Shown here piece by piece: positions 39,756 through 49,101 of a stretch of DNA of 64,000 nt. Numbering within the stretch: the first letter of the stretch is position 1; every line of letters begins with the position of its first letter. The DNA comes from Solirubrobacterales bacterium (GTDB taxonomy: Bacteria; Actinomycetota; Thermoleophilia; Solirubrobacterales; JBBDJG01), in assembly GCA_038203635.1 (NCBI GenBank), contig JBBRDT010000001.1, positions 22,003 to 86,002 of the forward strand. Reading direction: 5' to 3'. A model generated the notes under the pieces. That model saw only the letters and a list, made by a program, of their open reading frames with translations, searched no databases and was not told the origin of the DNA. The position numbers were made by a program, and so were the translations under genes.

Positions 39756-41237
39756 ATGGCCGCGAGCACCCAGAACGGGAGACCGTCCAGATCGCCCACG
39801 GTGGCCATCGTGGGAGCCGGCATGTCCGGCATCTGCATGGGCATCAAGCTCAAGCAGGCCGGCATCGAGTCCTTCACGATCTACGAGAAGGCCGCGCGGG
39901 TCGGCGGGACCTGGCGCGAGAACACCTACCCGGGGCTCGAATGCGACGTTCCGTCCCGCTTCTACTCGTACTCGTTCGAGCCGAATCCCGACTGGACCAA
40001 GTACTACTCACCCGGGAGCGAGATCCAGCGGTACTTCGAAGGAGTCGCCGACAGGTATGGCATGCACTCCCACACCCGCTTCGGCAAGGAGGTCGAGCGT
40101 GCGGAGTTCGAGGATGGATCCTGGCGGATCAGGATGCGCGACGGAGAGGAAACCGAGGCCGACTTCCTGATCTCCGCGTGCGGCGTCCTCCACCATCCGC
40201 GGTACCCGAGCATCCCCGGCCTGGAGAGCTTTGCCGGCGACGTCTTCCATTCCGCCCGGTGGGATCACGACGTGGCGCTCGAGGGGCGGCGCATCGGGAT
40301 GATCGGCACCGGCTCGACCGGCGTCCAGATCACGTGTGCGCTGTCGGAGGTCGCCGGCCGCCTCGAGATCTTCCAGCGCACGGCGCAGTGGGTGTTTCCC
40401 GGGCAGAACCCCAGCTATCGCGCGCTGACGCGGCGGATCATGCGCCGCTTTCCGATCCTGAACCGCCTCTCCTACCGGTTCTGGCAGAAGTACTTCGAGC
40501 ATCTGATCGGACGGGCCGTGGTTCAGCCTGGCTGGCAGCGGCGGTTCGTCGACACGCTGTGCCGGCTGAATCTCAGGAGGGTCCGCGACCCGCTGCTCCG
40601 CGCAAAGCTGACGCCCGACTACGACCCCATGTGCAAGCGGCTGGTGGTGTCGGCGAACTTCTACAAGGCCGTCCAGCAGCCGAACGTCGACGTGGTCACG
40701 AAGGCGATCGACCGCGTCGAGCCGGAGGGCATCGTGACCCGGGACGGCAAGCTCCATCCCCTCGACGTGCTCGTGCTCGCCACCGGCTTCGACGCCCACG
40801 CGTACCTGCGCCCGATCGCACTGACGGGACCGGACGGGAACACGCTCGACGACGCCTGGCGGGACGGCCCGCGCGCCTACCGCACGGTCGGGGTGCCGGG
40901 CTTTCCGAATTTCTTCATGCTGATGGGGCCCCACAGCCCGATCGGCAACCAGTCGCTCGTGATCGTCGCCGAGACGCAGGCCGACTACGTGATGCAGCTG
41001 ATCCAGATGTTCCGCGAGGGCCGCATCGACTCGGCGGCGCCGACCGCCGAGGCGACCGAGCGCTTCAACCGGCAGATGCGCGACGCGATGCCGGCGACGG
41101 CCTGGGTGACCGGCTGCAACAGCTGGTATCTCGGCAAGGACGGCCTGCCGGAGCTGTGGCCGTGGACGCCAGAACGCCACCGCGAGATGCTGCGGACCCC
41201 CGAGCTCGGGGAGTTCGAGCTCGACCCGGCTATATGA
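39756..41237 (+). CDS. class B flavin-containing (Baeyer-Villiger type) monooxygenase
   Basis: ATG 39756. VAIVGAGMSGICMGIKLKQAG (FAD GxGxxG), GGTWRENTYPGLECDVPS, GMIGTGSTGVQ (NADP GxGxxG). The 684-aa ORF extension was rejected. Confidence 0.9.
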   Translation: MAASTQNGRPSRSPTVAIVGAGMSGICMGIKLKQAGIESFTIYEKAARVGGTWRENTYPGLECDVPSRFYSYSFEPNPDWTKYYSPGSEIQRYFEGVADRYGMHSHTRFGKEVERAEFEDGSWRIRMRDGEETEADFLISACGVLHHPRYPSIPGLESFAGDVFHSARWDHDVALEGRRIGMIGTGSTGVQITCALSEVAGRLEIFQRTAQWVFPGQNPSYRALTRRIMRRFPILNRLSYRFWQKYFEHLIGRAVVQPGWQRRFVDTLCRLNLRRVRDPLLRAKLTPDYDPMCKRLVVSANFYKAVQQPNVDVVTKAIDRVEPEGIVTRDGKLHPLDVLVLATGFDAHAYLRPIALTGPDGNTLDDAWRDGPRAYRTVGVPGFPNFFMLMGPHSPIGNQSLVIVAETQADYVMQLIQMFREGRIDSAAPTAEATERFNRQMRDAMPATAWVTGCNSWYLGKDGLPELWPWTPERHREMLRTPELGEFELDPAI

Positions 41238-41248
41238 CGCGCACTACA

Positions 41249-41284
41249 GAGCTCCCGTCATTTGCGGCTAAGCAAATGACGGCC
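41249..41284. repeat. 36-nt hairpin element, copy 2 (inverted relative to copy 1)
   Basis: gagctcccgtcatttgcggctaagcaaatgacggcc, sitting between convergent gene ends. Confidence 0.85.
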
Positions 41285-41286
41285 TA

Positions 41287-43272
41287 TCAAGCCACTTCGC
41301 GCGCGGCCACGGCGACGGTGCCGCTGGAGGCAAGCCACGTCGTGAAGTCCTGCGGCGGCAGCGGGCGGCTCAGGTGGAACCCCTGGGCCACGTTGCAGCC
41401 AAGCCCCGCCAACTCGTCCATGGTCGCCTGGTCCTCCACGCCCTCGGCCACGACCTGCAGGCTGAGGTTGTGGGCCAGGTCGATGGTGGAGCGCACGATG
41501 AAGGCGTCGCCCCTGTTCGAGGTCATCGCCTCGACAAAGGTGCGGTCGATCTTCAGCTCGTTGACGGGCAGCTCCTTCAGGTACGAGAGCGACGAGTAGC
41601 CGGTGCCGAAGTCGTCGATCGAAAGCGCGATGCCCATGTTGTGGAGGCGCTTCAGCACCTCCAGCGAGCGCTGGGGATCGACCATCATGGTGCTCTCGGT
41701 GATCTCCAGCTCGACCGACGAGGCGGGCAGCCGCCACCGCGAAAGCAGTTGCGATACGTCCTGCGGAAGATGCGGGTCGAGCAGGTCGCGAGTGGAGAGG
41801 TTGACCGAGACCTTCAGATCCATGCCCTCGTCGCGCCACTCGCGGCACTGGGAAAGCGCCATGTTCAGGACGTAGCGGCTCAACGGCTTGATCAGCCCCG
41901 TGTGCTCGGCCATCGGGACGAACTCGGCAGGAGGCAGGAGACCCCGCGTGGGGTGCTGCCAGCGGACCAGCGCCTCGGCGCCGACGATCTTGCCTGTCTC
42001 GAGGTCGACCTTCGGCTGGTAGTGGAGCAGGACCTGGTTTTCCTGGAGGCCCTTCTTCAGCTCCCCGACCATCGCCAGCCGGACCGGGTTGTAGGGGTCG
42101 TGGTCGACGGAGTAGACCTCGTACCCGGTGTGCTTCTTCTTGGCCTCGTACATGGCGACGTCGGCGTGCTGCAGAAGCATGTCGACGTCCTCCCCGTGCT
42201 CCGGGTAAAGGGCGATGCCGACGCTCGCGTCGATGTGGACGGGAAGCTCGTCCACCACGAAGTCGTGATCGAGCGCGGAGCGGATCTTCTTCGCCGCGTC
42301 GGTCGCGCCGCCGGCGTGGCCGAGGCCGGGAAGCAGGACGCCGAACTCGTCGCCACCGAGGCGGGCGATCGTGTCGCTGTCACGCAGCGTTGCCCGCAGG
42401 CGCAGCCCGATCTCCTTGAGCAGGTGATCCCCTTTCTGATGGCCGAGGGTGTCGTTGACCTCCTTGAAGCGATCGAGGTCGATCAGCAGCACAGCGCCGA
42501 GCACGCGCTCCCGCCGTCCATGTCGCAGCGCCTGCTCGATGCGGTCATGGAACAGAGTCCGGTTCGGCAGGTCGGTGAGCGAATCGTGCAGCGCCTGGTG
42601 ACGGTTCTCGGCCGCGTGGCGCCGCAGGCGGCGGGATGCGGAGACGACGATGCGGAACAGCACTAGATACAGCAGCGCGAGGCCGCCAAAGAGGATCAGG
42701 TAGAGCTTCTTGGTATCGCGATTGATGGCGGCGGCGATGGGGTCGTAGGGCATGTAGATCTCGAACGCCCCGGCGGGAACGCCCGCCGCCCCGAACTCGA
42801 GCGGCACGTACACCTCGAGCAGCCGGCCGAATCCCCGCTCCTCCGCGTTCTCGACCTCGTCCGCGCCGGTGACCTCCGACGACACCTCCCCGTCGAGCGC
42901 CTCTTCGAGGTCCCCTCCCAGGGGGAACTTGCGATTCACGATCTTGGAGTCGTCCGAGTAGACGACCCGGCCGGAACGGTTCCACAGCTTGATGCGGGCG
43001 ATTCGCTCGGAGACCTGGCTGTTCCGCAGCTCGCCGTTGAGCACTCTCAGCTCCTCGCGGCTCAGCCCATCACGAACGTCGCCCGGTGTCAGGTGCTGCT
43101 GGACCGACGACTGCGAGATGAGCTGCGCGGTCTCCTCGGCATTCGCGAGGCTCCGGGATGTCACCTGGTCCTTCACGGTGCGGGCCAGCACAACCCCGAG
43201 CAGGACGATGGGAATCAGGCTCATCACGCTGAATCGCCCGACCAGGCCGAGTTTGGGCAGCCGCCGGCGCAT
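41287..43272 (-). CDS. membrane sensor GGDEF-EAL c-di-GMP turnover protein
   Basis: N-terminal TM, about 150-aa extracytoplasmic segment, second TM. HDSLTDLPNR..GGDEFGVLL. EALVRWQHP..EITES..DDFGTGYSSLSYL. Confidence 0.9.
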   Translation of the reverse strand: MRRRLPKLGLVGRFSVMSLIPIVLLGVVLARTVKDQVTSRSLANAEETAQLISQSSVQQHLTPGDVRDGLSREELRVLNGELRNSQVSERIARIKLWNRSGRVVYSDDSKIVNRKFPLGGDLEEALDGEVSSEVTGADEVENAEERGFGRLLEVYVPLEFGAAGVPAGAFEIYMPYDPIAAAINRDTKKLYLILFGGLALLYLVLFRIVVSASRRLRRHAAENRHQALHDSLTDLPNRTLFHDRIEQALRHGRRERVLGAVLLIDLDRFKEVNDTLGHQKGDHLLKEIGLRLRATLRDSDTIARLGGDEFGVLLPGLGHAGGATDAAKKIRSALDHDFVVDELPVHIDASVGIALYPEHGEDVDMLLQHADVAMYEAKKKHTGYEVYSVDHDPYNPVRLAMVGELKKGLQENQVLLHYQPKVDLETGKIVGAEALVRWQHPTRGLLPPAEFVPMAEHTGLIKPLSRYVLNMALSQCREWRDEGMDLKVSVNLSTRDLLDPHLPQDVSQLLSRWRLPASSVELEITESTMMVDPQRSLEVLKRLHNMGIALSIDDFGTGYSSLSYLKELPVNELKIDRTFVEAMTSNRGDAFIVRSTIDLAHNLSLQVVAEGVEDQATMDELAGLGCNVAQGFHLSRPLPPQDFTTWLASSGTVAVAAREVA

Positions 43273-43337
43273 TACGACCGTTATCGGACGATCGGCGGGG
43301 GGCCGTTAGCCGTTTCGGAGCGTTGCAGCAGCTCGAG

Positions 43338-44486
43338 CTAGACGCCGAGCGAGCGGCCGACGATCTCCTTCATGATCTCGGTCGTGCCGCCGTAGATGCG
43401 CGTGATGCGTGCGTCGTTGTAGTAGCGGGCGATCGGGTACTCGAGCATGTAGCCGTAGCCACCGTGCAGCTGCAGGCACTTGTCGACGACCCGGCCCTGG
43501 AGCTCGGTCGACCACCACTTGGCCATTGCGGCGTCCTCCGGGGAGAGCTCGCCGGCGTTGAGCGCCATCACCGCCTGGTCGACGAAAACCGTCGCCAGCT
43601 CGATCTCGGTCTTCATCTCGGCGAGCGCGAACCGCGACGCCTGGAACGAGCCGACGGGCTGGCCGAACGCGGTGCGTTCCTTCACGTACTCCAGCGTGAT
43701 GTCGAATGCGGCCTGGGCGGACGAGACGGCGGCGATCGCGATCGACATCCGCTCCTGCGCGAGGTTGGAGACCAGGTGCAGGAAGCCCTTGCCTTCCTCC
43801 CCCAGCAGGTTCTCGGCGGGTACGGGCACGTCGTTGAAGAACAGCTCGGCGGTGTCCTGCGCGTGCATCCCGATCTTCTCGAAATTCCGGCCCCGCTCAA
43901 AGCCGTCCATGCCTCGCTCAAGAACCACCAGGCTCATGCCGGCGTGGCGCTGAATGGGATCGGTCTTCACCGCCGTGATCACGAGGTCGGCGTTGATCCC
44001 GTTCGTGATGAAGGTCTTCGTGCCGTTGACGACGTAGTGCCCGTTGTCGCGCCGCGCGGTCGCGGACATCGATGCGAGGTCCGAGCCGATGCCGGGCTCG
44101 GTCATCGCGAGCGCCGTGATCAGCGACCCGTCGGCGATCCCCGGCAGCCAGCGCCGGCGCTGCTCGTCGGTGCAGTATTCGAGGAAGTAGGGCATGCAGA
44201 CGTCGTTGTGCAGCGTGATGCCGAGGCCCGATCCGGCGACGCCGGCATATCCGACCTCCTCGACGACGATCTGGTTGAAGCGGAAGTCGTCGATGCCGAG
44301 CCCGCCGAACGCCTCGGGCACGCCCATCGCAAGCATCCCCTTGTCCGCGGCCTTCGCGAACAGCTCGCGCGGCACGAGCCCTTCCGCTTCCCACTGCTCG
44401 TGGTTCGGGACGACCTCCTCGGCGAGGAATCGCCGCACGGACTCGCGGTAGTCCTTGTGCTCGGACTCGAAGATCGCGCGCTTCAC
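43338..44486 (-). CDS. acyl-CoA dehydrogenase
   Basis: Typical ACAD layout (..LAMTEPGIGSDL..TFITNG..HGGYGYMLEYPIARYYNDARITRIYGGTTEIMKEIVGR). Confidence 0.95.
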   Translation of the reverse strand: MKRAIFESEHKDYRESVRRFLAEEVVPNHEQWEAEGLVPRELFAKAADKGMLAMGVPEAFGGLGIDDFRFNQIVVEEVGYAGVAGSGLGITLHNDVCMPYFLEYCTDEQRRRWLPGIADGSLITALAMTEPGIGSDLASMSATARRDNGHYVVNGTKTFITNGINADLVITAVKTDPIQRHAGMSLVVLERGMDGFERGRNFEKIGMHAQDTAELFFNDVPVPAENLLGEEGKGFLHLVSNLAQERMSIAIAAVSSAQAAFDITLEYVKERTAFGQPVGSFQASRFALAEMKTEIELATVFVDQAVMALNAGELSPEDAAMAKWWSTELQGRVVDKCLQLHGGYGYMLEYPIARYYNDARITRIYGGTTEIMKEIVGRSLGV

Positions 44487-44511
44487 GATCGGCGCACGTT
44501 ATCCGACGGCG

Positions 44512-45915
44512 TCAGGCCGACGGGCTTATGTTCTGGTTCAGCCGGAACAGGTTGTCCGGGTCCCACTTGTCCTTCAGCTCGACGAGCCGGCCGTACTTGT
44601 CCTCACCGTAGGAGGCACGCAGCCGCGCGTTGCCCTCGTCCGGCTCGATGAAGTTCGGGAGAGCCTTGCCCACCCCGAACGCCTGCATCGCCTCGGCGAA
44701 ACCTCGCGCCCAGGCGGTGTTGCGCTCGTCCTCGGCCGGATCCATCCACATCGACAGGCAGAAGTAGCACCAGGGCGCGTCGGGAATCGTGAGCGCACGC
44801 GTGCTGCTGTCGGTGTGCCCGACAGCCCCTCCCATCCGCCCCAGGATCAGTTGTCCGAACGGTGCCGGCAACTGCTCCGCCTGCTCGACGATGATGTCGA
44901 TCGCCTCGTCCGGCAGCGAGCCGAGGTAGTCGACCTTGAAGTACTCGCGGATCCCGTGCGGGTTGCCCGCGTCGAGCATCTGCTGGAGCGCCGTGTACGG
45001 CATCGGCTGCACAATGTCGAGCACCGGGTCGGGCAGGGCATCGCGCAGCGGCTGCAGAGCCGCCGCGCCCTCCTCGGGCGGTCCGACGTAGCAGTAGACG
45101 ATGCCGACGGCCGGCTGTCCGCGCGCCGGTTCGGGAACAAAGTCCTCCGGCGGAGCGGTGATCAGCGCCAGGCCTCCGCACACCTCCTTCGGCGCCTGCT
45201 CCATGAAGTCGCGGTACGCGCGGATGATCTCACGCGCCTGGGGACGCGGGAATGCGAGCATTCCGCCCATCACAATGGGCCCGACCGGGTGCAGGTCGAA
45301 CTCGAACTCGGTGACGGCGCCGAAGTTCCCGCCGCCGCCTTTCAGTCCCCAGAAGAGGTCCGGGTTCTCGTCGGCGCTTGCGCGCACGACGCTGCCGTCG
45401 GCGGTCACGACCTCCGCGGAGCGCATGCTCTCGCAGGTCGCCCCGTACGGCCGCTCGAGCCAGCCGCTGCCGCTGCCGAGCGCCAGGCCACCGACGCCGG
45501 TGTCCGACACACGGCCGCCGGTGACGGCAAGGCCGTGCTCCTGGGTGGCGCCGTCGAGATCGGCCCACTTCGCACCGCCCTGGACGCGCGCCGTCGCTGC
45601 CGCGGGATCGACCTCGACGCCGTTCATCGGCTGCAGGTCGATCACGATTCCGCCCTCACAGGTGCTGTAGCCGGGGGTCGAGTGCGCCCCGCCCCGCACG
45701 GAGACGACCAGGTCGTGCTCGCGGCCGAAGTTGACCGCGGCCACCACGTCGTCGGTCGACTCGCACCGCACGATCAACGCCGGGTGGGCGTCGATCATGC
45801 CGTTCCAGACCTTGCGCAGCTCGTCATACGCCGCGTCCTCGGGGGCGACCACCTCACCGTCGACCGCGGACCGCAGCCCCTCGATCGTGGCGTCGTCAAT
45901 TGCCAGCTGACTCAT
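44512..45915 (-). CDS. FAD-linked oxidase (FAD_binding_4 + BBE-like C-terminus)
   Basis: LVVSVRGGAHS..GVGGLALGSGSGWL. C-terminal KDKWDPDNLFRLNQNI. Confidence 0.9.
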   Translation of the reverse strand: MSQLAIDDATIEGLRSAVDGEVVAPEDAAYDELRKVWNGMIDAHPALIVRCESTDDVVAAVNFGREHDLVVSVRGGAHSTPGYSTCEGGIVIDLQPMNGVEVDPAAATARVQGGAKWADLDGATQEHGLAVTGGRVSDTGVGGLALGSGSGWLERPYGATCESMRSAEVVTADGSVVRASADENPDLFWGLKGGGGNFGAVTEFEFDLHPVGPIVMGGMLAFPRPQAREIIRAYRDFMEQAPKEVCGGLALITAPPEDFVPEPARGQPAVGIVYCYVGPPEEGAAALQPLRDALPDPVLDIVQPMPYTALQQMLDAGNPHGIREYFKVDYLGSLPDEAIDIIVEQAEQLPAPFGQLILGRMGGAVGHTDSSTRALTIPDAPWCYFCLSMWMDPAEDERNTAWARGFAEAMQAFGVGKALPNFIEPDEGNARLRASYGEDKYGRLVELKDKWDPDNLFRLNQNISPSA

Positions 45916-46013
45916 GTTTTTCCCCTTTCTGTGCGAGCGGTCACAGTCACTCTGTGCACCCCTGACCCGCGGAATCTAGCGCGAAACGGGCGGGCGGAGT
46001 ACCCCTCCCTGCG

Positions 46014-46220
46014 TCAGGGAAAGATGGTCTCGCCCGTGTCGGCGTCGACGACGCTGATCGCCGACGAAGGGCATCCACGCGCGGCCTCGAGGATCAGGTC
46101 GGATGAGCCGTCGCCGATCACGACGGCGACGTCATCGAGCGCGAAGACGGCGGGCGCGATGTCGACGCAGTCGCCGTGGGCGGCGCACGCGCTCTCGTCG
46201 ATGATGGGAACCAGGGTCAT
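46014..46220 (-). CDS. small single-cluster ferredoxin
   Basis: 68 aa with IDESACAAHGDCVDIAPAVF...ARGCPSSAI (CxxHxxC...CP pattern). Its start overlaps the apbE stop by 4 nt. Confidence 0.85.
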   Translation of the reverse strand: MTLVPIIDESACAAHGDCVDIAPAVFALDDVAVVIGDGSSDLILEAARGCPSSAISVVDADTGETIFP

Positions 46221-47212
46221 GCCACGCGCGTTCGTGTGGGAAGCACGAAGCGCACCCGCTCGGGCGTGAGCTCACGCAGGCCCACCCGCTCGACCTTGCC
46301 GCTGTCGTGCACCAGGATCCCGCCGTGCTGCGCGAGCCACTCCCGCGCGGCCTCGGGGCCGGACAGCAGCGCCGCCTTGGCCAGAGTCTCCGCCTCCAGC
46401 GCCGTGGACGCAAGCGCGGTCACGCCGGCGAGCCCGGTCCAGGCCGGTTTGCCGGTCGCCGGGTCGAGCAGGTGGTGCGCGAAGCGACCGGCTTCCGTGC
46501 GCCACAGCCGGACGTTGATGCCGGAGGTAGCCACGCCGCCGGCCGCGACCCGCAGCACGAGCACGCGCTCGCGGGTCAGCGGATGCTCGACCTCGATCTC
46601 GTACCGGTCGTCCTCGGCGCCGGGGCCGCCGACCCGCAGGTCACCGCCGCAGTCGACGACGAAACGCGCGTACCCGCGTAGCAGCCGGGTCGCCATGTCG
46701 GCGGCCAGTCCCTTCCCTGCGCCGCCGCTGTCGAGCCGCACGCCGGGCGGGCGCACCACGGTGCCGGTCGCGTCGTTGACACAGATCTCGCGCCAGCGGC
46801 TGTGCGGGTTGGGCTGCGCCGGGCACCGGGGTGGCGCGGCGGCGATCGCCTCGGACACGGTTGCGGGCGCCATGCCGTCGCGCGAGTCCGCGTAGCCGAG
46901 CTGCTCGAGCTCACCCACGAGCGTGGGATCGACAAGCCCGCCGCTGCGCTCCGCGGCCCAGGATGCCGCCCGGGCGGCATTCCGGAGCAGCTCCGAGGCC
47001 GGCACCACGAACCGCGAATCGCGATTCAGCGCCGACAGCTCGCTGTCGAGCCGGAAGCGCGAGAGCCGCTGGTCGAAGTCCACGAGGAACGCGCGCACAG
47101 CCTCGGCCGCGGCAGCCGGTCCGGGCAGGGCCGGCTCCAGCGGCTCGCCGACCAGGACGCGCATGTCGCTACCCATGCAGCGAAAGCTCAGGTCGTGTTC
47201 GGCGCCGGTCAC
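46217..47212 (-). CDS. apbE: FAD:protein FMN transferase (ApbE family), no signal peptide or lipobox
   Basis: FRCMGSDMRVLV, RLDSGGAGKGLAADM, VATSGINVRLW, AHHLLDPATGKPA are the ApbE family motifs. GTG start overlaps the upstream stop (GTGA). Confidence 0.85.
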   Translation of the reverse strand: MTGAEHDLSFRCMGSDMRVLVGEPLEPALPGPAAAAEAVRAFLVDFDQRLSRFRLDSELSALNRDSRFVVPASELLRNAARAASWAAERSGGLVDPTLVGELEQLGYADSRDGMAPATVSEAIAAAPPRCPAQPNPHSRWREICVNDATGTVVRPPGVRLDSGGAGKGLAADMATRLLRGYARFVVDCGGDLRVGGPGAEDDRYEIEVEHPLTRERVLVLRVAAGGVATSGINVRLWRTEAGRFAHHLLDPATGKPAWTGLAGVTALASTALEAETLAKAALLSGPEAAREWLAQHGGILVHDSGKVERVGLRELTPERVRFVLPTRTRVA

Positions 47213-47547
47213 GACGACCTCGTGACCGGCGCCGCGGGCGCGGGCGCCGGCTGCACCGGCGCCGGGTTGACGGGGGCCGGAGTGGCAGGCGCCGGGTCGG
47301 CCGTCCGGGCCGGCGCCGGTCCCGCGGTGTCCGCAGGGGCATCGGTGACGATCACGCGGCGCACGACTACGCGGCGCTTGACGACCATGCGCGAAGTCTG
47401 CGCCGCGACCGTGGGCTTGACGACCGGATCCTTGCCGGCTCGCATCTGCAGGCCGAGGATCACCAGCACGATCAGGAAGCCGCCGAGCGCCGTCACGATC
47501 ACCGGCATCGCACCCGGCCCGTGTCCGGCCTGCGATTGCTCAGTCAT
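47209..47547 (-). CDS. small single-TM Pro/Ala-rich protein (B2; paralog of 49726..49938)
   Basis: ATG 47547 is nested in the last codons of B1 (GATGACTGA). TM helix MPVIVTALGGFLIVLVILGLQMRAGKDP shares the L(Q)xRAG(H/K)DP motif with A2. Confidence 0.5.
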   Translation of the reverse strand: MTEQSQAGHGPGAMPVIVTALGGFLIVLVILGLQMRAGKDPVVKPTVAAQTSRMVVKRRVVVRRVIVTDAPADTAGPAPARTADPAPATPAPVNPAPVQPAPAPAAPVTRSS

Positions 47548-47896
47548 CGCCGCCCTCGCCCTCGTGCTCGTGCTCGCCTCCGGCACCGCCACCGCCGCTC
47601 GTGCGAGTGCGCACGGGCGCGGATGCCGGTGCCGAAGTGGAAGGCTGCGCGATGAGCACAGCGCGGGCAGGCGGAGCGGAAGCGGGCGCTGCCGCGCGCG
47701 GCGGAGGCTTCGGCGCCTTCGGCTTGCGGTGGATCCTGACGGTGTGCCGGATCACCTCCGTGCGCACCTCGACCGGAGGCGGCGTCTGTTTGCTTGCCGT
47801 CGCGTCGCCGTGCGGCGCACCGAGGGCGAAGCCCGCCAGGCCGCCGAGCGCCACAAGCGCGAGGGCCGTGATGATTCTCATTGCGTGTTTGGTCAT
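47540..47896 (-). CDS. small N-terminally anchored Pro-rich protein with acidic His/Glu/Gly/Asp tail ending DD (B1; paralog of 49931..50152)
   Basis: ATG overlaps the FdR stop (ATGA). The anchor ITALALVALGGLAGFALG matches A1 (VGLTIVALGGLAGLALS). Tail GGGGAGGEHEHEGEGGDD. Confidence 0.5.
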   Translation of the reverse strand: MTKHAMRIITALALVALGGLAGFALGAPHGDATASKQTPPPVEVRTEVIRHTVRIHRKPKAPKPPPRAAAPASAPPARAVLIAQPSTSAPASAPVRTRTSGGGGAGGEHEHEGEGGDD

Positions 47897-49101
47897 GCCG
47901 TCTCCTTCAGGTATTCAGTGCCGGAAAAGATCTGTGAGCCCGACTCGATCGACCGCCGCACTTCGGGCAGCGCATGCGGCCGGCCCACCAGCAGCGCTGC
48001 GACGGGCCTGCCCGCCCGCCGGTAGACAGCCGTGAAGTCCCGCTCCGCGGGCACGCCGTCGATCTCGACCACGTCCCCGTCGCGCGCATGTCCCACGTAC
48101 TGGATGCGCAGCCCGTACTGGTCAGACCAGAAGCTGGACTGCGTGTGACGGCCCGGCTCTAGCCCGAGCATCGCCCTTGCCGCATCGGTGCCCGCGCGCG
48201 CGGCCGCCTCCCAATGCTCGCTGCGGACGTGGGCGCCGGCGTGCTCGTCGAACGGCGACGCCACGTCCCCCGCCGCATAGACATGCGGCAGGGCCGTGCG
48301 GCCGCCGGCGGCGACGGGGATGCCGCCCGCCGCGGGGAGCCCCGATCCCTGCAGCCACTCGGTGGCGGGCACGACGCCGATGCCCACGACGACCGCGTCG
48401 CAAGGCAGGCGCCGGCCGTCCGCCAGCTCGATCTCCTCGACCGCATCGCGGCCGTGGAACACCGAAACCGTGGTGGCGCACAGGACCCGCACGCCCTCGT
48501 CGCGATGAAGTTGGCTGAACCAGTGACCGAGGTCGCTGCCGAGCAGCGCATCCAGAGGAGCGGCCGCCGCCTCGACGATCGTGACCTCGGCTCCCAGCGA
48601 CCGCGCGGTCGCCGCGACCTCCTGCCCGATGAACCCCGCGCCGATCACGGCGAGGTGCGCACCCGGCCGTATGACCGCCCGCCGCAGCGCCCGGGCGTCC
48701 GCCAGGTCGCGCAGCATATGGACGTTCGCGAATCCCTCCGCGTCCGGCAGCCGGCGCGCGCGTGACCCGGTGGCAATCAGCAGGTCGTCATAGCGCAGCT
48801 CGCTTCCGCCGTCGACGTGCAGGCGGCGCCGCGCCGCGTCGAGTCCCACGGCCCGGCGGCCGAGCAGCAGCTCCACCTGCTGGTCGCGGTACCAGCCCAG
48901 GGGCCGGTACGCGAGGGAGGCCCCGTCGACCTCCCCCGCGAGCAGCTCCTTCGACAGCGGCGGGCGGTCATACGGCGCGACCGGCTCGGCGGCGGCGATG
49001 CGGATCCGCCCGCCGTAACCCTTCCGCCGCAACGTCTCGGCACAGCGCTGAGCCGCGAGGCCGCCGCCGGCGATCACCACACCGTCGCGCGCGGCTCGCA
49101 T
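47893..49101 (-). CDS. FAD/NAD(P)H ferredoxin reductase-type pyridine nucleotide-disulfide oxidoreductase
   Basis: VVIAGGGLAAQRCAETLR..YDRPPLSKE..LLIATGSRARRLP..LAVIGAGFIGQEVAA..YAAGDVA (putidaredoxin/rhodocoxin reductase-like layout). Confidence 0.9.
   Translation of the reverse strand: MRAARDGVVIAGGGLAAQRCAETLRRKGYGGRIRIAAAEPVAPYDRPPLSKELLAGEVDGASLAYRPLGWYRDQQVELLLGRRAVGLDAARRRLHVDGGSELRYDDLLIATGSRARRLPDAEGFANVHMLRDLADARALRRAVIRPGAHLAVIGAGFIGQEVAATARSLGAEVTIVEAAAAPLDALLGSDLGHWFSQLHRDEGVRVLCATTVSVFHGRDAVEEIELADGRRLPCDAVVVGIGVVPATEWLQGSGLPAAGGIPVAAGGRTALPHVYAAGDVASPFDEHAGAHVRSEHWEAAARAGTDAARAMLGLEPGRHTQSSFWSDQYGLRIQYVGHARDGDVVEIDGVPAERDFTAVYRRAGRPVAALLVGRPHALPEVRRSIESGSQIFSGTEYLKETA

Noticed and set aside
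40008-46269. Long antisense or alternative-frame ORFs (40008..41180, 41374..42666, 43323..44651, 44455..46269)
   Set aside because: Each lies opposite a gene with clear family motifs (FMO, GGDEF-EAL, ACAD, BBE oxidase) and lacks any motif of its own.
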